Assembly: GCF_001194135.2 (NCBI RefSeq)
Contig: NC_068988.1
Location: forward strand, 65,041,476 to 65,087,792
Source: Octopus bimaculoides
Lineage: Eukaryota
Direction of reading: 5' to 3'
Length of the DNA: 46,317 nucleotides
Of this stretch, positions 35,277 to 46,317 are shown piece after piece (positions within the stretch are counted from its first letter, which is position 1; each line of letters starts with the position of its first letter). A model generated the notes under the pieces. The model made no database searches and was not told where the DNA came from. It was given only the letters and a program-made list of their open reading frames with translations. The position numbers and the translations under genes are program-made.

Positions 35277-35644
35277 GTATGGGTGTGTATATGTTTGTGT
35301 GTATGTGTTTGTCTCTCCAACATTGCTTGACAACTGATGCTGGTGTGTTTACGTCCACGTAACTTAGCAGTTCGGCAAAAAGTAACCGATAGAATAAGTA
35401 CTAGGCTTACAAAGAATAAATCCTGGGGTCGATTTGCTTGACTAAAGGCAGTGCCCCAGCATGGCCGCAGTCAAATGACTGAAACAAGTAAAAGAGTATC
35501 TCATAGCATTGAGATTTTGATGATGTAATTGCTTATTTTTAGAATGACATTGCAGCATAGGTGTGAGAGGTCAGATTTGGCATGTTTGAACAATAAACAG
35601 ATAGAATATTTGGGCCAAATATGGCCGGTTTAAATGTGAATGGA
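35007..35644. mobile_element. piggyBac-type MITE interrupted by a family A SINE
   Basis: TTAA at 35003-35006 and 35645-35648; the two halves rejoin to match 25125-25323. Confidence 0.78.
35082..35496 (+). mobile_element. Family A tRNA-derived SINE, full length
   Basis: A box tggctgtgtggtaag, B box ggttcagtccc, internal (TA)/(GT) tract, and end cagcatggccgcagtcaaatgactgaaacaagtaaaagag. Confidence 0.92.
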
Positions 35645-38179
35645 TTAAAGCCAGAAGAAATGTCTTAGAAGTAGTAGCAACAGTTGTAGTAGTGGTAGTT
35701 TTATTTACCAAAGTTGAGGGATAGGGTTCATTTTATCAAAGGAGCAATTTAACTGATCTGGATTGACTCTGGTCCTTTCAAAAGGAAGGTCCACTCCTAT
35801 GTCACAGTTGAGTGATTAGTAGAAATGCACCCAGCTAGAAAATTAGTCTCTTCAACCCTCACAAAAGAAAAGTTCATCCCACCTATGCAAACTCGGAAGA
35901 ATTAATATATTTATACACGTCCCCAGACACACACACACACACAGATATATGCATATACACATATATATTACATGCATATACATATGTATGGATATATGTA
36001 TATACACACATACACACATGCATAAACATACATACATATATAGAGAGATATATGCATATACATACATGCATACTAACATACATACATATATATAAATGAC
36101 TATCTAGAATTTCATTAGTCAATGTTGATGACATACAACATAGAGAAACAGGTTTGCTTGTGGATATGCCATTCATAGGAAATATTAAATATTAAATGTA
36201 CAAACAATATAACATGCTGAGTCACATACCTATAATTGTATTTTGAGAGAAAGAAGAGATGGAAAAAACAGTGTGTGTGTGTAAAAGCAGTTTAAATATT
36301 GGTTCATCCGTCTTTGTATACAGGAAAAAAGTATATCCAAATTATTTTCTTTGAGTCAGCAGCTAAACATGTAGACCACATGGCTTCTCTCATAGGGATT
36401 GCTCTCTTTCATTTTATCCTTTATTTTATATCTGTTTCGGTTATTAGACTGCGGTCATTCTGGGGCACAGCCTTGAAGAATTTTTAGTCAAATGAATCAA
36501 CTCCAGTACTTATCGGTTTTTTGTAAAACCTGCTACTTATTCTATCAGTCTCTTTTGCCAAACTGCTAAGTTATGGAGACATATATATACCAGCACCGCT
36601 TATCAAGCGATGGAGGAGTACAAACAAATACACATATATGATGGGCCTCTTTCAGTTTCCATCTACCGAATACCTTCACAATGCTTTGGTCAGCCTGAGG
36701 CTATAATAGAAAACATTTGCCGAAGGTGTTATGCAGAAGAACTGAACCCAGAACCTTGAGGTTGGGAAGTTAACTTCTTACCTCAGAGCCACACCTGAAC
36801 TTGTTTATTTATTTCACCAATTTTTTTTCTCAATTTTTGCCTTACTTCTTTTCCAATCCTCCTAGTCTTTCCACTTTGTTTTCCCAATGTCCAAAGAAGG
36901 ACAATATTATTAATTCTTTCCATCCCCAAGTATGAAGCCTATATAACATTATTTGTGAACATATCTTGTCAATTTGTTATTTTTATCCATTATTTTTTTG
37001 TTCTCAGAGGGAGAGAAAGAGTAGATATGCGAAATAAGTAAACTTTTAGATCAGTTCAAATATATCCAGGACATATTTAACCTATAAAAAAGCCATTTCC
37101 ACTGTAGTTTGCCATGGAGAACTTACTCATGTAAGGCAACAGATGTTAAAACACCAACAGTTCTTTAAGAGCGACCCTATGAACTAATATATACATTTGA
37201 AGCTCCTTTGCTATTGTTAGCACCGGATACCAAGCGTTGCAATCCTGAAATAACACTGAAGGTCACAGCTTCCTCAGAAAATCAGTAGAAACTACTGGTT
37301 GCGTATGATCAGCCATCAGGCTTGAACAAATTATGTAGTAGGCATGTAAAGCAGTATAATGGAATAAATGAACTTTTAGGTCAGTTCAAATATAATTGGG
37401 ACATATTTGACTCATAAATAGGTCATTTTCATTGACTAATGGTGCTTAAACACCAATTACCTTAAGAGAGAAATTTTCTCCACTGTAAATTTCAGTTTCA
37501 AAAATTCAGTGATTTGTTGATGAGATAATGTTTATCACAAAACAGGTGTGCTTGCTGATAAAATAATACATATTAAACAAGTAGAAACTATTAGCACCAT
37601 GTAAGCATGATATATCAATATTATCAAGCTGGAATCATTGAAGTGCTGAAATATTTTCTTAAAGAAAATGGAGTGGCAAAATGCCATGCATTTGACCCAT
37701 GTACACTAACAAGTTACCCCTGCATATCAAGAGCAGCAAAACAACTCAACTGATGGCCAACTAGTAAAAGAATCATGGTAATTCTGAATAAATAAATTAT
37801 TTGAAACATAACATTTATATTGTTTATAATAGAGATACAGGATTAAAAATGCTGTTGCTAACAGCAAAACAGGGAAACAATTCCCAGCGAGAGAGTACAT
37901 GACCAACATTCTTAGTTTGTTCACTATGAACATCAGCATAAAGATTGTTCTTGTTTTGAACATGTGAACATCAAACATATACAGCTATCTATAAATGATA
38001 CACTTCCTTCATTTGTTTAAACTACCTGCATGAAGTCCTATACCAATGCTAGAAAGAAGGAGCAATGTTGCAAGACATGAGAAATTGCAGTGTTGTTACC
38101 CAGTCTATGAAAAAGGAAGTAGAGAAACAACTGAATGAGCTATAGAGAAATCTCTTTGCCAAATGTAAATATCCTGGGT

Positions 38180-39490
38180 AGCAGTATGATTTCAAGGCAA
38201 AACATTTCACGAACAATATGATCTTCTCCCTTTGCCAACAAGGAGGCGCAATGGCCCAGTGGTTAGGGTAGCAAACTCGAGGTCATAGGATCGCGGTTTC
38301 GATTCCCAGACTGGGAGTTGTGAGTGTTTATTGAGCGAAAACACCTAAAGCTCCACGAGGCTCCGGCAGGGGATGGTGGCGAACCCTGGTGTTCTCTTTC
38401 ACCACAACTTTCTCTCACTCTTACTTCCTGTTTCTGTTGTACCTGTAATTCAAAGGGTCAGCCTTGTCACACTGTGTCACGCTGAATATCCCCGAGAACT
38501 ACATCGAGGGTACATGTGTCTGTGGAGTGCTCAGCCACTTGCACGTTAATTTCACGAGCAGGCTGTTCCGTTGATCGGATCAACTGGAACCCTCGACGTC
38601 GTAAGCGACGGAGTGCCAACAGCTTTGCCAACAAGAGAAATGCAGAGAGCAAAGACAACTACACTATATCATTTTCCTTGATCTTACAAAAGTTTTCATC
38701 CTCGAGCAGAGATGTTCTATTCAAAATTCTTAGCAGGATTGGCTCCTTGGGAAAGCTCAGTCATTCTCCACAGACATAAAGAGTCATTCAGTTTAACAGC
38801 TCTTCTATGGAGAGTTACCCTGAGCGAAACAGGGCTTTGTGCTTATACTTACTCTATTCAGTAACTTCTTTCCTAACATGGCTAAAGCACAACTTCAAAA
38901 CATCAACTGATGGTGTCAACCTTCCCATCAGATTGGACAAAAGACTAGTCATTCTATCCAAGTTGAGGGCAAAAACCAAAGTGTGTAAAGTGCTAATGAG
39001 GGATATGCCGTTTTCAGACAATATAGCACTGGCAACAAAGTCTCAGAAATATGTGCAACACCTTATAGACAGCTTCTCAAAAGCCTGCCAGGACTTCCAT
39101 TTAGACATCAACCTTGAAAAACCTGTTAGGCCAAAATAGTAAGTTAATGATATGCAGCAAGATTGCAATTTACAGAGTTTGCATCCTCAGCACACAGGTT
39201 TACAGTGGCAAGGTATGGACTGTTTCTCTATTCACAACCCAAGACACATCCTAGACATCAAATTTAACTGACTGCTTCATCAACAATGAGGTTTTGATCC
39301 ATGCTCAGATACCAAGTCATTTCATCCCATTCCAGAAATGATATTTCTGCAGTCTAGGTCACATGTACACAGCATGTCAAATGGAGAGATTCCAAAAGAC
39401 TTACTGTACATAAAGCTTGCCTCTGGCATGAGCACAAGGGTAAACCCATCTTTGTTTTAAAGATGTTTGCAAAAGAGACATGAAGTAAAC
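38180..39490 (+). mobile_element. RTE-clade LINE, degenerate RT and C-terminal region, interrupted by a SINE
   Basis: QYDFKAKHFTNNMIFSL|CQQEKCREQ..IIFLDLTK...KQGF.L..TLF...DGVNL.IR.D....LSKLRAKTKV.KVLMRDMPFSDN.AL...GEIPKDLLY.KLASG...DVCKRDMK. Confidence 0.85.
38242..38623 (+). mobile_element. Family B SINE, full length, with a 12-bp TSD
   Basis: Head ggaggcgcaatggcccagtggttaggg...ggtttcgattccc; flanking duplication CTTTGCCAACAA (38230-38241, 38623-38634). Confidence 0.92.
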
Positions 39491-40303
39491 AGGATTGTCA
39501 AAAGATGAGAGAACATGATAAGTAATTCTCTCATTGAAGGCTGGGTTATAAGAATATATCTATGCACAGGAACATAAGCCCTGGCCAAGCTCCAAATGAC
39601 TGAGGTAGTATCTGCCACTAGAGAAGCAAAAACTACTCAAAGTACCATGTCTGGTAGTCTGTTACTGCCACTCACAGATTGATATGTTACAAATAATTTC
39701 TACAGAAAGAATTTTTTTTTCTCTATGACAAAATCTCACAGTGAATGCCTTTCCCATTCTGATGTGCAAGAGCATGTTAAAATAAATGTACACCTTTTTT
39801 AGATATGTATTTTTATACCATCATACACTAATAAAAGCTTTTAATTCATATTTATACTTGTAAAAAAAAAAATTTACCCATATATAAAGAGCATAGATAC
39901 ACAAATATAGAAAATATATGAACAACTATAATTTAAAATTTATGCACTCACACACATACATTACCCAACCACACTAATTTACGCACACAGACATGCACGC
40001 ACACACACACACACACATTACAAAATACATTCAATTTCAGTTACACACCCACAAATACATGAATAAATACACATATGCATACACTGATACATCATATAAC
40101 TACTCTAACAATGTGTATGTGTATGCATATATANNNNNNNNNNTATTATTATTATTATTATATGTATTTATTTTCTCCTAGTAATAAATAACTCGGATAA
40201 AATAAATTGGTTAATTGATACCAGGGTAGCAAAGATCACAAAATAACTGTGGTGTAACTCCTGTTTATGTGGTAGAAACTCCTTGATATTTTGGGTATTT
40301 GAG

Positions 40304-40420
40304 TATATATAAATTTAATGAATGGAGTGAAACGCATATTATAACTGCATACTGTATTATACTATATATTATAACTGCATAAGTATGCAGTTATAATATG
40401 CCTTTCACTCCATTCATTAA

Positions 40421-40431
<11 letters not shown>
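40304..40431. repeat. Near-perfect 49-bp inverted repeat with a 30-bp spacer
   Basis: Arm 40304-40352 versus arm 40383-40431 shows one mismatch. Confidence 0.92.
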
Positions 40432-40456
<25 letters not shown>

Positions 40457-40642
40457 TCAGGAGGAGACATTTAAGCAGTACTTGTTGTGTTCTTATCCAA
40501 TTTACTACATTCAATAAAAGGATAAGAAAGAGAAAAGTGAAGAGATCATAAAGAGACAGAAGGGAGAAGAATATAGAAGACAGACAGAGAGAAACTCAGG
40601 GTCAAAGAAAGTCGGCAAAAGTGATAGACAGCAACGTCTGCG

Positions 40643-40677
<35 letters not shown>

Positions 40678-40983
40678 CACAAATGTGCACAAGACTTTAT
40701 AAATCATAAATGCATTTGTCTGACTATATATAGCCATGACTACTACCTCTTCAACTACAACTCAACTGATGCAGCTGCTGCTAATGTCTAAATGTGCACT
40801 TCTAAATATGCATTTCAATATTTCTGCTGTCAGACGTCAGTGTTCTGTCTGTCAGGCTGGACTTTCTCTGTTACAGTTTCAAACAGAAATGTCTTAAGTA
40901 AAAACATGCAGGGTATTACATCCAAACTGGCAAATAAATATATATATATGACACATATATATTTATTTATATACACACACACA

Positions 40984-41057
<74 letters not shown>

Positions 41058-41379
41058 ATACATATACAAGATTGTATATACATATATACATAGATATTTG
41101 CACACACAAACAAACTGTATGTACATTTACGTAATCACTTTCACCGACTACTCACCCACAACAGCTCACATCCTGAAGATGTGACTGTGAAAGACTAAAA
41201 ATGTTGCTTATGATGGATTTCAGAACTTTATTGTTTCGAATGAAGAACTGCATGTATATAAAAAAAAAATTCTTTTAAAAAGATAAAACTAAAACCTTGT
41301 TCATAGTTAGATTTTCACTATAACATATCTAAAAGAAAAGCTGTTTTCTATCATCCAAACCAACACACAGATACATGCA

Positions 41380-41705
41380 TGCACGCTATCAGATATGCAT
41401 AAGGAAGAAAGAGAGAAAGAAAGAAAAGGAGAAGGAATGAAAGGCAGACAGACTGATAAGAGAAGAAAAGGCAGACAGACAAACAGGCTGATAAGCCAAC
41501 ATGCTGACAGATAGAAAAAAAGATAAAGCGGTTTCAGAGGGAGACAGACAGACAGATACAAACAGAGGTGTATAGTTAGTATCAAGAAAAAATTGGAGGG
41601 GATGGAACAAAATACGACAAAGAATGATAAAGAGAGAGAAAGAGAGAGAGAGAGAGAGAACAATATATAAAGAGACAGACAGACATGCAGACAAAAGTGG
41701 GAGAG
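41380..41705. repeat. Purine-rich (GACA/GA) low-complexity tract
   Basis: Direct read. Similar compound trinucleotide tracts lie at 12027-12185 and 14060-14215. Confidence 0.85.
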
Positions 41706-44700
41706 TGTAGGGATAAGAGCAACTTTCTGGCATCTATTGTGTAGCATGGGCAGATGTCCAGAATCAACAAAGAGCAAGCAATTAGCATGTTTGAGTGTGT
41801 ATCTGTGTATGTATTATGTCTTCTCGGGTTGTGTTGTTAAACCAGCTTCAGAAATACTAACAGACAAGCAGATCCATTGTTACAAAGTGAGGACAATTAG
41901 AATCTCGTGTTCACACACATCTTGTACATGGAGGACAAGTGCAAGGGTTAATTAAGGCAGACGCAAATGTATTTTGAAAGTTAAAATAACTAAAGAGATG
42001 AGGTTCAGTTGGTGTTAATATTCGTCAATCAAAGAGCGTCAAACAGTTAACAAGAAAAATAATCATGAGATGAGGAAGAAGTAAACATTAGTGAGAGACA
42101 GATATTCTTCTGAGTCTTTCTGCAAAAATAGGAGACAACTTTTGACATATTCCAACCTTATCACATTTCCTCAACAAAACATACATTTCACTGTACTTGA
42201 CAAAGTGAAGATGACAAAAGCATTAAACCCACAATAACGAACATATGTAGGTGAAGGAAAGGTAGAAATATTCATAGAATAAATTATTCTTACACACATC
42301 TGCTTGAGAAATAATAGTTTAGAGTAAACAATTTTAAAGCAGGAAACATTATAAAGATTTCTGAGATTTATCCACATCTCACACAGAGCATAAGAACAAG
42401 AATTTAAGAGACAGAAAGTCAGATCAACAAACAACACCAGGTTTTAAAGTGAGGCTGTATCCTAAATGGAGAACAACTAAGAAAGTGGAATAAATAATAC
42501 ACACACACACACACACAAGTATGTATGTATATCATATTTTGTGTTTTACTTTGCTCGGGCAGAGCCTTGAAGGGTCCAGTTGAACAAATCAACCCCAGCA
42601 CTTATTTGTTTAAGCTCAATACATAAACAGGGAACATAAACAGGCGCACACACACACACATTTATAAAATGGGCTTCCACACGATTTCCACCTACCAAAA
42701 TTCATTCACAAGGCAATGATCAGTCAGGGGCTACACAAGAAATCACTTGCCCAAGGTGCTATACAGTAGGACTGAACTTGGAAACCATGTGGCTGCAAAA
42801 CAAACTTGTTAACCACACAGCCATGCCTGCACCTAAAATAATTGTGTGTGTATGTTTATACACACACACACACACACACACNNNNNNNNNNNNNNNNNNN
42901 NNNNNNNNNNNNNNNNNNNNNNNNNNNNNNNNNNNNNNNNNNNNNNNNNNNNNNNNNNNNNNNNNNNNNNNNNNNNNNNNNATATGTGTGTATCTAGACA
43001 CACACACACACACACACACACATACAGAAAGAGAGAGAAAAATAGTCTAATTGATCCCTCCTTTTCATTACATGAAAAGAAGACATCACCTAAAAATACA
43101 CTGTCTCTACTTATACAGTGCTAGCCAAAAATCTATAAATATATTCTGTAGTACAATATAGCAGTGAAACAAAACATCGTTAACACATCAGTAATTTATT
43201 AATTGAACTGTCTGCCAAGAATGCATTATACATACAAACTGCTCTATCCAATTTACTTAAGCTCTTAATAACAGTGGGTTTATAAGTAGTGTCGTTGTAT
43301 GTAGAATGTAAAGGGAGGTATTCCGTCAATGAAGAAATCCCAAGAGAGGAATAAAACTAGACTGGCTGATCCCTCTTTTTCTGTCTATGGAAATAATGCA
43401 CATATCAACAAGGTGTTTACATCTGTCGCTATGTGCAGTGTTGGTTAAAAATCTATGCTAGGATAGACAGACAAATAAAGAGTTTAATTATTGAGCCAAC
43501 AAAGTATTTCCTACATGGTTGCTCAACCTGTTTGTAATCATCCTCATTGTGTTAAGGTTCATTTTCTGATGTCCGCATGGGTTAGACGGGATTTGTTGAG
43601 GCAGATTTTCTATGGATAGATGCTCTTCCTGTTGCCAACCTTTGCCTGAAAGATAATGTTTTCCCATGACAAGACATGTTTTTTAGAGAAGATTGGGAAC
43701 ATAGAATACCATTTACATGACAGTAATGCTCATTTACAACTATTGGATGATGTCAAGGCAAAAAAGATGGTAACACACACACACACACATATATGACCGG
43801 CTTCTTTTAGGTTCCATCAATGAAATCTATTCACAAAGCTTTGCTCAGCTAAGGGTTAGCTATATGAGGAGGTGTGGCTGTGTGATAAGAAGTTCGCTTC
43901 CCAACCACAAGGTTCCAGGTTCAGTCTCACAGCAAGTACTTCTACTACAGCCCCAGGCTAACCAAAGCTTTGCGAGTGTCATTGGTAGACGGAAACTAAA
44001 AGAAACTCGTGTGTGTGGTTTTGTATTTGACAACCTGTGCTGGTTTGTTTATGTCCCATTAACTTAGCAGCCTAGCAAAGAGGCAAACAGAATAAGTGCC
44101 AGATTTAAATAAAAAAGTACTGGAACTGATTTGCTCAACTAAACCCTTCAAGGCAGTACCCCAACATAACCACAGTCTAATGACCGAAGCAAGTAAAAAA
44201 TAATGGATATACACACACATGTGTGTGTGCGTGTGTGTAACAATGTGTCAAATGAATGAGAGAAGAGTGCTCAATAAATGTTGTAGAGCAAGTGGCTTAT
44301 TGAAGCTAAAATTTAATCTTGCAAACTCAAGTTTCACAAGTTTGAGTTTTTTAAATCATTGTATTGTTTGCAGACACAATACAGTGAAAGGAAAGAGAAA
44401 CTAAGCAACAATCTGAACTAAATTAATAAATCTAGAATGAATAACGAAATTAAAAATATACACCACCTCCCACCCTGCCCTATACCATCAAAAAATTACC
44501 AATGAAAAGAAAGAAAAATAACAGTCAATCAGTAAATGCAAAATGCCAACCATTGAACAAATGTAAGCATGAGGCAACAACTGCCACCAGAATTGAGTTG
44601 AAAAATTCTTCTCCAGAGATTGCAGAAGCCTGAAAATTCAAGTTGCAAGCAAAAATTCAGTCTTAATAAACTCTTTCTTTCTCTCTGTCTCTCTTTTTCT

Positions 44701-46317
44701 CACCGTATATTACCATTGTTTAACATCTGATTTTTCATGCTCAAATGGGCTGGACGGAACTTATTGAAGTAGATTTGTCTACAGTTGGATTCTTTTTCTT
44801 TCTGTCACCAATCCTCATCTGTAATATTTCTCCATGACCAGATATGTTTTCAAAGAAGATTGGAAATAAATGATATTGCTTGCATGATAGTGATACTCGC
44901 TTACAACTATCATGTGAAGGCAAGGCAAAAAGACAGTAACACAAACGCACACAAGAGACAGGCTCTTTTCAGTTCCCAACAACCAAATCCACTCACAAAG
45001 CTTTGACCAACCTGAGACTATACGTCTGCCCAAGATGATTGTGAGAGACATAAATCACTCTCATCAAAATATTGGTATATTACCCAGTAGACATAACTTC
45101 TGACTCAGTCATGCCTGTGAATATACTTCAACTTGCTGCACATACTCATTGTACTCTGAATGTACTCATTTTGCTGTAAAGGTATCCATTGTACTACTCA
45201 TGTACAGCCTGTACATGATAAAAGCATCTTTTTTTACTATATTATTTTTGTAGTTATAGATAGTTAGCTATTGGTTTTTGTGAGCTAAAATCAACCATAC
45301 CGTTCGTGCATTTAGCCCAGAACTTTTGTGCCATTGCTCATTTCCTCTCTAATGAGTCTTGTGGGATTCTGACTCAGAATGATGTTTCTCTTCATTTTGT
45401 TCCACAGTCTATTACTCAATACTGTCTTGATTTTGTATTTAGTTAGATTTTATTTTGTCTGGGTTTTTTTCTTTGCAGTTTATGCAGTTTTTGCCTTTAA
45501 ATCTTTTTCTTCAGCACAAATAGTTTCCAGTTTGTACTTAATCATTTCCTTACAAATAGAAAAAAATTTTTCTTTCAATTTCTTTTTTTTTTTAATGTTT
45601 CTCCATTAACAATTATCAGCTTGCTTTTCTAGTCCCACTGTTGTTATTTTGAAGTACTTTTCTATTTGTATCACATTCTGAAATTGGATCACGGCAATGA
45701 ACACGAGGAGAACAAAGGTAAGAAGACCAAATACTAAAAGCTTGAAAGACTGAACACCAAATTTTCAAGTGAAATCAGAAAAACTATCTTAGAGAAAAGT
45801 AAAACAAAGTGTATTCAAGAAACATATAACATTTATGATTCTTTATAATACTTTGTCAAAATAACAAAGGCACCCAAGATATAGTTACTTATAAAACAAA
45901 ATACTAACAGTAAAAGTGTATTGTAGGGATGTGATATCGAAGGCATATGTGAAATCCTAAATAGATTATTTATTGGTTCTTTATATTCTTTCATTATTGA
46001 ATATTTTCTTTCTTTTCTTTCAGTACAATATAAACATACCAAATAATGAAAAGGATTAATTTTGATAGACTTATACACTTGCTTATCTCACTTCACTTTC
46101 ATTCATTTTACTGCTTTATTCCAATATATAAAGCTTGTTCTTTAAATCTTTTAGTTTGTTTGTTGCTTGTATTAAAAAAAAGATGAAAAATATTCAATGA
46201 TGAGAAAACTGAAAGATTCAAAGCAGTCAATAAATACATTACTTGAATTTTTGCTTACACATTCCGTATTGTATCCCTGCATTACACTTGGCAGGCAAAT
46301 TATATATATATATATAT

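Larger units (their letters stand above)
4688..42981. other. Assembly gaps: 4688-5166, 6426-7023, 11587-12026, 20780-21313, 21949-21958, 22791-23420, 27789-28000, 40134-40143, 42882-42981
   Basis: N runs, mostly flanked by microsatellites or SINEs. About 3 kb is unseen and could hide exons. Confidence 0.97.

Noticed and set aside
40830-40930. Possible minus-strand terminal exon [11 protein letters not shown]...DV*
   Set aside because: Only an acceptor-like AG beside microsatellites; no homology.
4623-43124. Long ORFs over N-gaps and microsatellites (YIYI, CVCV, poly-I/M/L, ERER)
   Set aside because: Artefacts of N translation and simple repeats.
45290-45830. Lys-rich minus-strand frame ending near a GTATGG donor
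   Set aside because: Several in-frame stops and no family motif recognised.

Overview
AT-rich, microsatellite-dense eukaryotic genomic DNA from a draft scaffold with 9 N-gaps. The SINE, RTE/RTE-X LINE and mariner content looks like a coleoid cephalopod (octopus) genome; this is an inference from repeat recognition. The only well-supported host gene is a highly divergent, intact actin-like gene on the minus strand. It has two coding exons (9614-9794 and 137-1171) joined by an 8.4-kb phase-0 intron at the classical actin codon 41/42 position. The nucleotide-binding pocket is retained, but the filament interfaces are remodelled, His73 is replaced by Arg, and the C-terminus is extended by 14 aa. 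The first visible exon starts at a splice acceptor and has no in-frame ATG, so more coding sequence lies upstream. A phase-compatible 47-nt candidate exon at 16251-16297 encodes a tetraspanin-TM4-like hydrophobic helix, which raises the unproven possibility of a membrane-anchored actin-like fusion. The rest is a layered record of mobile elements: a Merlin (IS1595-like) transposon in a three-level nest, four mariner relics (one with an in-frame 225-bp duplication), hAT and piggyBac-type MITEs, an R4/Dong-like relic, RTE/RTE-X fragments and several tRNA-derived SINE families. Family assignments are from motif recognition, with no database search.
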